Below are positions 42,543 through 56,224 of a DNA stretch of 64,000 nucleotides, one piece after another (within the stretch, counting starts at the first letter, position 1; the number at the start of each line of letters is the position of its first letter). Made by a program: the position numbers and the translations under genes. This stretch comes from Octopus vulgaris (taxonomy: Eukaryota), in the NCBI GenBank assembly GCA_951406725.2, contig OX597823.1, forward strand, positions 79,608,001-79,672,000. Reading direction: 5' to 3'. The notes beneath the pieces were generated by a model. The model was not told the DNA's origin and ran no database searches. It saw only the letters and a program-made list of their open reading frames with translations.

Positions 42543-42950
42543 CTTTTACTTGTTTCAGTCATTTGACTGTAGCCATACTGGAGCACCGCCGTCAGTCGAG
42601 CAAATCAACCCCAGGACTTATTCTTTGTAAGCCTAGTACTTATTCTACCGGTCTCTTTTGCCGAACTGCTATGTTACGGGGACGTAAACACACCAGCATC
42701 GGTTGTCAAGTGATGTTGGGGGTACAAACACAGACACACAAACATATACACACACATGCATATATTTATATATATATATATATATACGACGGGCTTCTTT
42801 CAGTTTCCGTCTACCAAATCCACTCACAAGGCTTTGGTTGGCCAAAGGCTATAGTAGAAAACACTTGTCCAAGGTGCCACGCAGTGGGACTGAACCCAGA
42901 ACCATGTGGTTGGTAAGCAAGCTACTTACCACACAGCCACTCCTGCGCCT
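42543..42950 (-). mobile_element. SINE family B, full length
   Basis: Complete motifs. Confidence 0.92.
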
Positions 42951-43074
42951 ATAGAAAATTTAAAATATAAAGTTTTATATTCATGTAGTTGTAAAAGCTG
43001 ATTTGGGGTTGAGTAACCTGAAAATAAACCATATTTTAAATCATTTATTTCACATTCAATATTTATATCTTAAT

Positions 43075-43280
43075 AAGGCAGCGAGCTGGCAGAAACGCCG
43101 AGCTAAATGATTAGTGGTATTTCCTCTGTCTTTACGTTGTGATTTCAAATTCTGCCGTGATCGACTTTGCCTTTTATCCTTTCGGAGTCGATAAATTAAA
43201 TACCAGTTGCTTACCGGGGTCGATCTAATTGGCTGGCCTCCTCCCCAAAAATTTCGGTCCTTGTGACTAGAGTAGAAAAG
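43075..43280 (+). mobile_element. SINE family A (short-tail type) with 17-bp TSD
   Basis: 'aatatttatatcttaat' at 43058-43074 and 43281-43297. Confidence 0.9.
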
Positions 43281-43374
43281 AATATTTATATCTTAATGCC
43301 GTGTCGGGTAAACTAGAAATGACTTAAGGGAAACTATTTCGAGACTATGTTTAGGTCACCTGTTGTCCTTAATG

Positions 43375-43498
43375 GTTCTAGGAAACTAGGAAAGTTCGCC
43401 GCAAACATTTTTGCCGCAGGAAAATTCGCCTCGGGATTTTGGACCGTAGGAAAGTTAGCTGCCTAGGAAATTTCCCTGCAAGACAATTTTGTCGAAAA
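43375..43498 (+). repeat. Degenerate ~15-bp tandem array (ggaaanttcgccgca), resembling MULE-type subterminal repeats
   Basis: About seven diverged units. Confidence 0.5.
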
Positions 43499-44546
43499 GC
43501 AAAAGATGAGTTGCCTCTTTTGTTTCAACCAAAAAGAAAGAGTAAAGCAAATGGATCTGGTTAATTTCATTCGCAAAGTCAGCCCCATTTAAATTTGCTA
43601 TCCTATTCTATAAACAAAGTTAAGATCATCAACTAATTTCACACCGCCTACGTTAGTTCCCACTTGACAGATCATTGTAATGAGTTGGCTACACAAAAGA
43701 ACATTATCGAATGATACTGTGCGACGAGATACGAATAGAGTACTCTGTATTTAGTAGAGGCTTGTATCCAATTGAGTGAGGCAGCTATATTTCTCTGACT
43801 AGTTATTGAAGCTGGATTATTTATACTCTTATGCTCCACTTCTGAAGACATCGTTCTATGTCAATGTCAGCACAACACACTGGACGAACAAAGCCAGCAT
43901 TAATTTCCAGACGCATCTCAACGAAAAAGAGATGGAAAACGAGAAAAAATAACTATCCATCATTATTTCTACCATCGAAATTGCTCAATATTTATGGCCA
44001 CTTAATATTCTCTCACGTTTAGACTATCTCCATATTTGGCTTATGTTCAGAACTTGCTATTTCCTCAAAATTCATTTTGAAAATGTACGAAAATTACAAG
44101 TTTGCCCGTGTTAAAAATAACACACTGTTGATGAAAATTCTATTTCCTCGTACTTTGAGAAAATTAATACCGTTGCCGTAAAAAGATAGAAAATTATCAC
44201 TGCTGATCTATGAAAAGAGTTCTTGTAGAGAAGAAATACATGATCCTACTTAGAATTGTCATATTTGTTTCATTCAAGGCAATAATAGAATGAAATGAGC
44301 TGTTAAAAAAGTAATCTTTTTTTTCTTTTCCTTAAAAAGGTGTTACTTCTCTGTCAGCTAAAAACCAGTATTTGAATTATTGTTAGGCTATCCATTAAGA
44401 CATCTTACAAAATAACAGCCCAGAACACATGAAAACGAAGAAATAACTTTACATTATTACCTAAATATGTTCATCTGACATTTTTTATCTGTCTCTCCTT
44501 CCTCTTTCTTTGTTCCCCTCCTCTCTCTCTCTCTCTTTCTCTCTAC

Positions 44547-44605
<59 letters not shown>

Positions 44606-45232
44606 TATATACATTTATAAGCGTACAAATGCTATACATAATTATGTATCTCTATCTGTCTACATAATTATGTATCTCTATATGTCTATATATATATATA
44701 TATATTCTATAATTATAAGCATAATAATAATTAGGGTTCAGCAAAAATTGCTTCACCACATACCGAAATTTAGAAATAGCAGTTAAACTACTATTCCACT
44801 ACCATAAGTTATCTCCCACACAGTAATTCTCTCACCTCACGCAGGTAAAGAGAAAAAATAACGAATACACCCACCCGGCTTTGATTAACTATATACGCGC
44901 TTCTAGGTTAAAGAGATGTAAAAAGATGTGAAATCATATTTCTACTCACTTACTCCCGTCATCAGTATAGTATTTCAATTTTAAATTTGAGAGCACTGAT
45001 GATTAACATACGCATTCGACCAAGTACCATCGAGCAGCATATATCCAAAACACAATACTTCCGAATTCAAAACAGAAGAATGAGATCTCGCTTTCCTCCT
45101 CAATCACCCACGAGTGCCACGAGTAATTCCGCAGAATTATACTTATAATTATAGAATTTTTGTATAAGGTTCCCGATATTGGTTCTTTTAACATACCGAA
45201 CTACTTGGTAAAATTATTAATTATTATTATTG

Positions 45233-45272
<40 letters not shown>

Positions 45273-45283
45273 TATGAATAAGG

Positions 45284-45451
45284 AAAAAGAATGATTTCAC
45301 TGGTAGTTCTAATCAGTTTAATTTGTTATTTTTTCATTTTTTAATAATATAAATTTTAGTTCATAGATCTATGAACTGAAATTTATATTATTAAAAAAAT
45401 TTTTAATAATATATTAAGCCGATTAGAACTACCAGAGAAATCATTCTTTTT
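45284..45451. repeat. Loop-less palindrome centred on AGATCT (45365-45370)
   Basis: Arms aaaaagaatgatttc.ctggtagttctaatc / gattagaactaccag.gaaatcattcttttt. Confidence 0.9.
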
Positions 45452-45546
45452 TTTTTTCAAAGATGCCGAACTGTACTAAGGACCTCACATATTTTCCAGT
45501 ACACACACACACACATATATATATAGAGAGAGAAATAAAATTAAAA

Positions 45547-45583
<37 letters not shown>

Positions 45584-45845
45584 TACATACATACATACAT
45601 ACATACATACATACATACATACATACATACATACATACATACATACATACATACATACATACATACATACATACATGGTAGAAATCAACCCGTGACCGAG
45701 TAAGACCACTTTGATCTCTCAGTCGCTGAAGATATCTCATATTGTTCCTAAGGTCTGCAAGGTACCTAGAAGCCATTTAACACCGACCACAAATCAGCAC
45801 TTTCACCACCACCACCACCACCCCCGACCATATGGAAGTTGGGAC

Positions 45846-46355
45846 CTAGTGGCCGAGTGAGTCCACTGGTTGACATACTATGATACACAAGGTTCGCGAG
45901 AGAACATTATAGATATTACATTGGTAGACGGGGTTACCTCCGTGGCCACGCTCGCGGCTGTGTAGGCCTGCCTTTGAGATGCAGACATAACCACACTGGT
46001 CATACGACAGTGTCTGTTTCGTGGCCTTCTTAAGGAGGGGGTTCACATCCTCCATATATTTATCACCACGTTTCAACTCAATGTATGCAACCTTGTTTTC
46101 GAATTCTTTAAGACCTATAGCAATCAGATTAATCCACGGCGCTCTATCGGATGCAAGATCTTCCCAGGGGTTAGTATCGACTTTGATAATCTTTTTAAGA
46201 GTATCTTTAAGATTGTCTCTGAAACGATTGCGTAGCTTGCACGGGAATGTTTTCCTGGCTCTATCACACCATATACCACCTGTTTTGACACGCGGATGTC
46301 CTCTAAATGGACAGAATGACCAGACCATCTGAATTTGTGGTCCATAATCATGAGA
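45846..46355 (-). mobile_element. RTE-clade LINE 3' end with degenerate C2H2-like finger
   Basis: FRWSGHSVHLEDIRVSKQVVYG; RFRDNLKDTLK..WEDLASDRAPW; QCGYVCISKAGLHSRERGH. Confidence 0.85.
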
Positions 46356-46659
46356 ATGAAGAACTCCTAGTTTCTCGTTATAACTTCCTTGCAGGAGAAA
46401 GTAAAATCGTATAAAAAAAATTGAAATTCAATTGGTTTTCTGGTTGTTTCAACCTCTATTGTGCCACTGGTTTCGTATGGTCGTTGTAGATGATTGCACA
46501 GAAAAAAGGAGAGTATATTTTAGATTAAAAAAGAACTTTATCTTAATTTTGAAGAATAAAAGAAATATAAATAACCGCATTATTTATGACATGACGCAAT
46601 ATATGTGTATATATACATATGTATTATGTATATATCTATGTGCACTCATATATATATAT

Positions 46660-46860
46660 AGGGAAAGTTTACGAACAAAACAAAAGATGAAGACAGGTGG
46701 TGTACAAAACAAACAGATGTATTAGTATAACGTTCAGGAATAGAAAAAGGTTTTTTTACGTTTCGAGCCAACGCTCTTCTACAGAAAGGTACACAGAAAA
46801 AACAAGGAGAGAAACAAGGAGAGAAAAAAATGTGTTGTGGCTAACGATCTATCATGGCGG
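46660..46860 (-). mobile_element. (TA)n-anchored short element with variant hammerhead (CUGUAGA core)
   Basis: Homologous to 50965-51153 and 56222-56415. Confidence 0.75.
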
Positions 46861-47559
46861 CGTCACCAACAGTAAACAACATAATGTATGAAAACAAGTG
46901 AGTTAAATACGCTAACAAAGAGAGAAAGATGGAAAACAGGACAAGTAACACAAAGAATGACCCTTCATCAGTTGTCGGCTGTGTATCAACTCCTCATTTC
47001 GAGCATTCATATATATATAAACACAGAGAGAGAGAGAGAGAAATAGTTACATGTATACATATATTCATCTTGATAAATCGTTGCCGTCAAATATGAAAGC
47101 AATTTAAAAAATTCACGAAAGCTGGTAGTCAAGAAATGCATGGATATAACATACATTTCATATATTTGATATAGATTTATATAATAAGGATAATCAAATT
47201 ATTATTCAGAATACTCTGGAAGATTGACTCCAAAAGGTTTGAAAATGTTCGCCTCTAAATGGAACTTGAACATGTGACATCCTTCGTTATTTCTACCATT
47301 AAACTACGTGATAAAAAAATATGTAAACATTAAATACAAATGAATAATTTAATGAAATGCTTGTGAGTGCATGCGTATATAAGAACTTTTTCTTCTACCC
47401 TGGTTTCCCTTTTTTATTTAACTTACTTTCTTTTTCCCTCTGTCGTTTGCCTCTAATTCTTTTGCCTCCTTTTTCCCTACTATCACCCATTACATATTAT
47501 TTCCTTTTTTCCTACTATCACCATTACATATTATTTCTTTATTGCCACAGGAAGAGTGG

Positions 47560-47952
47560 TTAAACATAGAGGGGACAAACAAGGACAGACAAAGGGATGA
47601 AGTCGATTATACCGACCCCAGTGCGTAACTGGTACTTATTTAATAGACTCCGAAAGGATGAAAGGCGAAGTCGACCTCGGCGGAATTTGAACTCAGAACT
47701 TAACGGCAGACGAAATACCTATTTCTTTACTACCCACAAGGGGCTAAACACAGAGAGGACAAACAAGGACAGACAAACGGATTAAGTCGATTATACCGAC
47801 CCCAGTGCGTAACTGGTACTTAATTTATCGACCCCGAGAGGATGAAAGTCAAAGTCGACCTCGGCGGAATTAGAACTCAGAACATAACGGCAGACGAAAT
47901 ACGGCTACGCATTTCGCCCGGCGGTGCTAACGTTTCTGCCAGCTCGCCGCCT
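47560..47952 (-). mobile_element. SINE family A with tandem duplicated body
   Basis: One head at about 47950, two core-plus-tail units. Confidence 0.9.
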
Positions 47953-48933
47953 AAAAACATATATTTACATATACCTACACAACATAAGTTTTATTTTAGT
48001 AAGAACAAACATACATACATGTACACATGTACATGCAAATAATTTTAAAATCTACAGCTTGTTCAAGAGTATTGCAGTTATCTTTTCATACATATAAAGT
48101 ATGTAAAGTTGTTGAACAACGTATTAAAATTTGCTAAAACGTTACGAACTTAGCTGTGCCAACACAGAATAATATTGTAGGCAATGTGTTCGATTTCGCT
48201 CTATGTTTAAAATAGTTAAAAACTGTTTGCCGTATATCCGAAAGCGTTTATCTGTATATCACATATTCAAAAAAAATCTAAGAACATAATCACAATGGAG
48301 AAATAAAGAGACGGGAATATTATTTTCTCATAGACAAAATGTATGCAACTAACTCTTACGCAGTTTCATTTACTGACGTAAAGATAAAAATATTAGATAA
48401 CAACTTTCAAGGCAGACGAGTTGACATTTAAATAACAAAGAACATAATTTTCACAGATGTTATCACAAAAGACGCGTCTTGTGTACTAGCATTGTAGAGA
48501 ATTCGCACCATCTCAAGAATAAAACGCTTCAGAACAATAAAACGCTTTCAACGGAAAACAAATTTCTCTCTCAATTTACAAAATTCTTATATTTTCAAAG
48601 TAGTGAAATTACCGCAGGTAATGCTAGTTATAATACTTTTTATTTCGTGCTTTATATCACATTGTATTTAAAATATTTTATTAATGATAAAAGCTATAAA
48701 AATAGTTTTTCTGTTATCTATCATCTAATGCACTGTCGACCATTGACACATCCTCCCACTGTTAGGTTGTTTTTTTTGCTTTGTTTTGGGGTTTTTTTCT
48801 TTTGTTAAATTGAGGTTTCCCTGAATGTATGCATGTGTGTGAGTACGTATGAATGTTTGTATGTATGCATGTATGTATATGCACGTTTACGCGCATGTGT
48901 TCAAAGAGAGGCAGAGAGAAAGCGAATGAGACA

Positions 48934-49003
<70 letters not shown>

Positions 49004-49007
<4 letters not shown>

Positions 49008-49204
49008 TCCAAACAAGAAAGCACAAAAAAAAACACAACAACGCGAGGACGTGGAACAAATATAGTATTATTGGACGCTCAGGAAAGAAGGAAGGTTTAA
49101 CGTTTCGAGCGGAGCTCTTCGTCGGAATCATAGGAGAAGGAAAGATCCAGAGAAGGGATGACAGAAGAAAAAAGATCGCCAACGGTACACACGCGGTCAC
49201 ATTT
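49004..49204 (-). mobile_element. (TA)n-anchored short element with variant hammerhead (CCGACGA core)
   Basis: Minus strand ccgacga-a-gagc-tcc-gctc-gaaacgtt; 3' end abuts (TA)n. Confidence 0.72.
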
Positions 49205-49227
49205 TTATTTATGCGCCTTTTTCAAAC

Positions 49228-49492
49228 CTAGCCAGGCTCATGGGTTCGGTTTCCTAGTTTCTGTGGCGTATGTGTTCCCCCCAGCTGGACGAGACGCCAG
49301 TCCATCGCAGCGTTACTCAAGGAACAGGAAGAAAGAGTGAGAGAAAGTTGGGGCGAAAGAGTACAACAGGGGTCGCCACCAACCCCACCCGGAGCCTCGT
49401 GGATCTTTTGGGTGTTTTCGATCATTAAACACACACAGCACGATCCTCCGACCGCGAGTCCACTGCCCTTACCACTGGACCATTGTGCCTCC
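49228..49492 (-). mobile_element. SINE family C (tRNA-Arg-like head)
   Basis: Head 'ggaggcacaatggtccagtggtaagggcagtggactcgcggtc' with a TCG anticodon loop. Confidence 0.82.
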
Positions 49493-49494
49493 AC

Positions 49495-49559
<65 letters not shown>

Positions 49560-50055
49560 TAGAGAGGGAGGGAGAGAGAGAGAGAGAGAGGGAGAGAGAG
49601 AGAAAGAGAGAGAGAGTCTGTATGTGCGAGACAGATAGTGCATGTGTGTTTGTGTGTAATAGGCAGAGAGAGAAAGACAGAGAGAGATAGAGAGAGAGAG
49701 AGAGTTGTACGCAAAGATATTTCGGTCATAATCATAGAATTACGTAAGACAGTAGAAATTTGTTACATAATGTCTACAAACGAATATTTTTCACTCGTGT
49801 TCGTTATTAGAAGTATGTGAGTGCGTATGTGTGCGCAGGCGCGCGTTGCGGATCTCTCAGATACCTGCACCATTAACGTACTTCTCAGATAAAAATTAAC
49901 ATCACACAGTCTATCAAGGTTGGACTTTGAATTATAGACACAATGCATCTAACAGGTTTCTGTACAGTTTCAATCAGTTTCAATCACAAGTCTTGGATAA
50001 AGCCAGGACATTGGTAATAGACGCTTGTACAAGATGTCATAGAGTAGATTGCAAT

Positions 50056-50380
50056 CTTCTTATCTTCTTCTTAATTCTTTTTGCCCATTGTGGAGCATAA
50101 GGCCTCAACAGTTGTTTTCCACTTTTTGCGGTCATTGGCGTGTTTCTTGGCTGCTTCCCATGTCAGGCCGGTGGTCCTGAGCTCGTCCAAAATGCTTCGC
50201 TTCCATGTCTGCTTCGGGCGTCCTCGCTTCCTTTTCCCCTGCGGGTTCCAGTCAAGTGCTTGTCGTGTCACATTTGAGGGTTCTTTCCGCAGTGTGTCCC
50301 CGATCCATCTCCATTTCCTTCGTCTAATCTGAACATGTATGGGCTCCAGGTTGGCCCTTTCCCACAGGTCGGCGTTTGGC
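50056..50380 (-). mobile_element. RTE-clade LINE 3' end, little decayed
   Basis: IRRRKWRWIGDTLRK...ALDWNPQGKRKRGRPKQTW...DRKKW...ALCS; short (GAA)-type tail. Confidence 0.9.
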
Positions 50381-50570
50381 ACTAATGAATACTTCATAAT
50401 CGTTCAACCTTACTTCGTCTGATGTCAGAGAATGTAACCGAATTATTTAACTGAGGCTAGACATGGGTACCATAATATCTTAGGTTGCTGCCACGCTGCA
50501 GCACCGACTTGGAGAATTTTAGTTGAACGAACTGACTCTAGTACTCATTATTATTATTATTATTATTATT

Positions 50571-50617
<47 letters not shown>

Positions 50618-50665
50618 TATCATCATCATCATCATTATCATCATCATCATTATTATTATTATTAC

Positions 50666-50708
<43 letters not shown>

Positions 50709-50964
50709 GTTGTTATTGGGTTGGTGCATAATTATTGCGGCTTTTTTTTCAACAAATTTTATTCAACAAAAACAATAAAAATATTGGTTTATCTGCCCTT
50801 GGGCCCGGATTAGGCAAGACGTTGAAAATTCTTTTGGCCCATGACATTCCATGGACCCTAAGTAATGCATGCGTAAAATTTTGACAAAATTGGATTGGGT
50901 ACTTCTCGAGTTTAGGAATTTACACAGATAGACCCACATTCCCAGTTTTGTTGGTTCGTTAGTT

Positions 50965-51153
50965 ACTGCACGCATTTTTTTTCTCTCCTTCTTTCTGTGT
51001 TTTTTTCTCTCTGTGTATCTTTCTGTTGAAGAGCGTAGGCTCGAAACGTTAAAGACTTGTTTTATTTATATTTCCTGAGCGCCATACTAATACAATTGTT
51101 TGTTTGTTTTCCACCTGCCTTCGTCTTTTGTCTATTTTCATAAAGCTTCCCGT
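50965..51153 (+). mobile_element. (TA)n-anchored short element with variant hammerhead (CUGUUGA core)
   Basis: tcttt-ctgttga-a-gagc-gtag-gctc-gaaacgtt-aaaga at 51018-51055; ends in (TA)n. Confidence 0.78.
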
Positions 51154-51998
51154 TATATATATATATATATATATATATAATAAAAGTCAAGCTATTTTGA
51201 CCCATGCTTCGCTCGGATTTTGGTGGTGGTGGTGTTTTGTGCGTGTTGTCTCCTTTTCCCTTTTTTCTTTTGTTCGTCTTCTTTACCTGGTTCTTTTTAT
51301 TGCCCTCTTCTTTTTCTTTTTCTTATTTTTAAATTTTTCTTCGTCTTTCTCTTCTTCTTCCACTGTTTCTTTTCTCCTTTTCCCATATTCCTCACCATGG
51401 CAACCAAACGGTAGCCCCGAGCGACTTGCAACCCTCCTCACACAATTGCCCACCCCATTTTACCCCCCAGTGTAAATTTTGGCGCCAATCCGAACCCATC
51501 TACCGCCCTTTAAACCGTTCCCATCCCCAAATGAGATAAATAACCAAGAAATCAAACAACTTTTTCGCATTTCAGCTTTATAGATATTGATGTATATATC
51601 TTTTATTATTCATCCTCTACTTGTTTCAGCTATTAGACTACAGCGGTGCTGTTGGCACCGACTAGAAGAATTTTAAGTCGAATGTATCGACCCCAGTACT
51701 TATTTTTTAAAAGTCTGGTACTAATTTCATCGACGTCTTTTGCCGAACCGCTACGCTATGGGGACGTAAACACACCAAGCAGTTGAGAGAGGGGAAAACA
51801 GACACAAAGACACACACACACAACTAGCTTCTTTCGGATGATGCTTCCATGGTACTTGCATCTTAAAGGTAGTTATTAATTTGTTTCAATGTTCGTCTAT
51901 CTCTTGCTTTTAAGTCAACGATCATGAATATCTGTTGAGCGCTACATTCTTCTCTTAGTAAAGATTTGGTATTTTTGAAGCAACTCTTTAAGAACTCT

Positions 51999-52380
51999 TA
52001 GGCGCAGGCGTATCTGTTTATAAGAAGCTTGCTTTCCAACTATGTGATTCTGAGTTCAGTCCCACTGCATGGCACCTACTATAGCCACGGGTTGCTCGAA
52101 GCCTTGTGACTGGGTTTGGTAGCGGAAACTGAAAGAAGCCTTCGTATGTGTTTGTTTATGTGTGTGTGCCTTTATGTCGGTTTATCTCCAACCACCACTT
52201 GATAGCAAACGTTGGTGTGTTTACATCTCAGTAACTTAGCAGTTCGGCTAAGGCGATCGATAGAACAAGTGCTAGGTTTAAAACGAATAAGTCCTGGGGT
52301 CGATTTGTTCGATTAAAAACTCTATGAGGCAGTGCCCCCGCATGGCCGCAGTCAGATGACGAAACAAGTAAAAGATTAAA
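51999..52380 (+). mobile_element. Diverged SINE family B
   Basis: Head, body and tail motifs. Confidence 0.8.
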
Positions 52381-52594
52381 ATACCTGTTTCATTTTGTGA
52401 TGAGTAACATGTCTTTCTGATTTGTCGTCTTCGCTTGATTCTAATCGTGTATTTAGATGATTTGATGAGATTGTAGTTCGTTGAGAGATTAAGCTCTCTC
52501 ATACGATAGATATAAAATAAAATGAAATTGGTGCAAAGAAAGTAACAATCCTATACATGAAAGTATATTTTATTTGATATAAAAGTTGGGAGTA

Positions 52595-53588
52595 ATCTTT
52601 CTAAAAATCCCAGTTTATCCTGATTCTCCTTTAAGCATTTACTAACAAAATTTAGTGCTCCAATTATTATTGGTATGAATATGAATTCATAGTCTGGATA
52701 TAGAAGCTGGAGGTTTCGAAGCAGTTGTCCATAGATATCCTCTTTTCCTTTGATTTTCAAAGAGATATTTATATCTGCAGGGCAGCTGACCTCTACGATG
52801 GTACATACCTATTTCTTTATTACCCACAAGGGGCTAAACATAGAGGGGACAAACAAGGACAGACATAGGTATTAAGTCAATTACATTGACCCCAGTGCGT
52901 AACTGGTACTTAATTTATCGACCCCGAAAAGGATGAAAGGTAAAGTCGACCTCGGCGGAATTTGAACTCACAACGTAACGGCAGACGATGGTACATACCG
53001 TTGCCCTTCTGTCCCAGGCAACAATATCCGGTCTGTTATGCTTACATTTGACAGAGGTTTTGATGGGATTATTCCACCAATATTCCTTGAGTTGGTGTTT
53101 ATGAATGTTTACCATAACAGAAGGATTTTCTAATTTTATTTCAGGACAGTCTTTTTTGACGATAGCATTGTAAATTGTTTTAGCAACAACATCGTGCTGC
53201 ATAGGGAGGTAGTACCGTGACGATATTTTAGGACAGCTGCTAATCACATGCGTAATGTCTTCCACAGAAACATGACATAGCCTACACATGCGGTTGCACC
53301 TTGGGATTACAAGAGCGTCACTGTCTCTCTTGTTCACCAGGTACTTTGTGGCAATCTCTTGTTCCTGGATTGCAAATGAATAACCTTCGAAGTGTGATGT
53401 GATGTAGTGGTCTTGTATCCAAGACAGGCCACGCTTCGTGTCAATTCTACTGTCTTCTTCAAGATTCCGGGTAATATACCCATGCATGGTATTTTTATTT
53501 TTTGTATGCTGATTACTTTCCATCCAGGTCTCCTCTGAGGTAAGAGAGCCCAGCTGTTTTGGGGTTGTATAAGAAATCATCAGGAATA
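52595..53588 (-). mobile_element. R4/Dong-like RLE retrotransposon: CCHC knuckle and PD-(D/E)xK endonuclease, SINE-interrupted
   Basis: FAIQEQEIAT; CRLC...EDITHVISSC; HDVVA; HNRPDIVAWD...IVEVSCPAD...KEDIY...PIIIGAL. Confidence 0.9.
52810..52984 (-). mobile_element. 5'-truncated SINE family A with 15-bp TSD
   Basis: 'acgatggtacatacc' at 52795-52809 and 52985-52999. Confidence 0.93.
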
Positions 53589-54548
53589 TTATGTATGTAT
53601 GTATGTGTGTATGTATGTATGCATGTATGTATGTATGTATGTATGTATGTATGTATGTATGTGTGTATGTATGTATATATGCATGCATGCCTGTATGTAT
53701 GCATGCATGCATGCATGTATTTATGTATGTATGTATGTATGTATGTATGTATGTATGTATGTATGTATGCATGCATGTATGTATTTATGTATTTATGTAT
53801 GTATGTATGTATGTATGTATGTATGTATGTATGTATGCATGTATGTAGTGTTTTTAGACAGAAGGCTCATGAGATATATTATCTCTGCATTAATTTTACA
53901 TTTTGCAATGTATTTACATCAAGAATGATAGAAAGACGGCTATTTAATTTAACATTAGTTCCATTGCATATAACGGATTTTTTTTTATTCGGGTGACTAT
54001 TAGCATCATCAGTGATTGCTTGCTCAGTGTCTTTTTATATCGGTATCGATCGATTTCGAGGCTCTGTGCAGTTGGCTGTGAGTATATGTCCAGAAAGGCG
54101 GAAATACACATTTAGCTTTCTCACCATTCGTTTTTAAGATGTTTTCCGTCTACCTCCGATATAATGTGATTTTAAACACAGCACATCCATAAGAGATATC
54201 TCCAGTAAAATACTGCTGTGATACATACATACACACATACATACATACATACATACATACATACATACATTCACATATACACACATACAAACATACGTAC
54301 ATACATACATACATACATACACACATACATACATACATACATACATACATACATACATACATACATACATACATACATACATACATACATACATACATAC
54401 ATACACATATACACACATACAAACATACGTACCTACATACATACACACATACATACATACATACATACATACATACATACATACATACATACATACATAC
54501 ATACATACATACATGCATGGATACATGCATGGATACATGCATTTATAC

Positions 54549-54588
<40 letters not shown>

Positions 54589-54671
54589 CGTACTTCTGCA
54601 GAAAATGTGTGAAACAAATGAAACGAAATAGCTGCACGTAATGTTGAAAGTAAAAATAGAGATAGGCGCAG

Positions 54672-54905
54672 GTATTTCTTTATTGCCCACAAGGGGCTAA
54701 AACATAGAGGGGACAAACAAGGACAGACAAACGGATTAAGTCGATTTTATCGACCCCAGTGCGTAACTGGTACTTAATTTATCGATCCCGAAAGGATGAA
54801 AAGCAACGTTGACCTGGCGAAATTTGTACTCAGAACGTAGCGGCAGACGAAATACGGCTACGCATTTCGCCCGGCGTGCTAACGTTTCTGCCAGCTCGCC
54901 GCCTA
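54672..54905 (-). mobile_element. SINE family A, full length
   Basis: Complete motifs. Confidence 0.9.
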
Positions 54906-54912
54906 TAAATTG

Positions 54913-55107
54913 TAGGCTCATGGGCCCGGTTTCCCGGTTTCAATGGCATATGTGTTCCCCAGCTGGACGGGACGCCAGTCCATCGCAGCGTTGCTCATTT
55001 TTGCCAGCTGAGTGGACTGGAGAAACGTAGAATGAAGTGCTTTTCTCAAGAACACAACGCGTCGCCCGGTCCAGGAATCGAAACCACAATCTTACGATCA
55101 TGATGCT
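54913..55107 (-). mobile_element. tRNA-head SINE family D
   Basis: 'gtggtttcgattcctggaccggg...ttgtgttcttgagaaaagcactt...gcgatggactggcgtcccgtccag...cccatgagcct'. Confidence 0.75.
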
Positions 55108-55157
55108 ATTTTAATCTAATACTACATGTGTTGCATATAACGGATGTATAGATAGAT

Positions 55158-55248
<91 letters not shown>

Positions 55249-56036
55249 TAGATAGACAGACAGACAGACAGACATTCACACACACACATACACATACATG
55301 AGTCTAAGTCTTTGCCACTTACTCTTTTCAAAATATATCGTAAACTATTCTTTTATATATTTTACGGTGGTTTATATGCGCTTAATTGTGTGCCTTTTTA
55401 ACATACATACATATGTACATACATACGCACACACATATAGATGCATTCATACATACACGCATACATACATACATACATACATGCATACATACATAAATAC
55501 ATACATACATACATACATACATACATACATACATACATACATACATACATACATACATACATACATACATACATACACACACATACACACACATTCATGC
55601 TACATACATACACACACACTCACACATATACATAGATACACATATACATACATACATACATACGTACATACACACACATATAGATACATTCATACATGCA
55701 CACATACATACATATATACATACATACATGCATGCATGCATACATACGTACGTACGTACGTACATACATACATACATACATACATACATACATACATACA
55801 TACATACATACATACATACATGCATGCATGCATACATACATACATACATACATACATACATACATACATACATACATACATACATACATACATACATACA
55901 TACATACATACATACATACATACATACATACATACATACATACATGCATGCTTACACACACACTTTGCACTTCTGCAGAAAATGTGTGACACAAACGGAA
56001 CGAAATAGCACGCAATGTTGAAAGTAAAAACAGAGA

Positions 56037-56183
56037 CAGGCGCAGGTATGGCTGTGTGGTAAGAAGCTTGATGCCCAACCACAGGGTTCCAGGATCAGTC
56101 CCACTGCGTTGCATCTTGGGCAAGTCTTGGGCAAGGCCTTGTGAGTGGATTTGGTAGTCAGAAAACCTTCGTGTATAAATATA

Positions 56184-56224
<41 letters not shown>

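Noticed and set aside
54040-54135. THSQLHRASK resembling the Helitron Pif1 motif HGQLYVALSR
   Set aside because: Too short and diverged; no other helicase motifs nearby.
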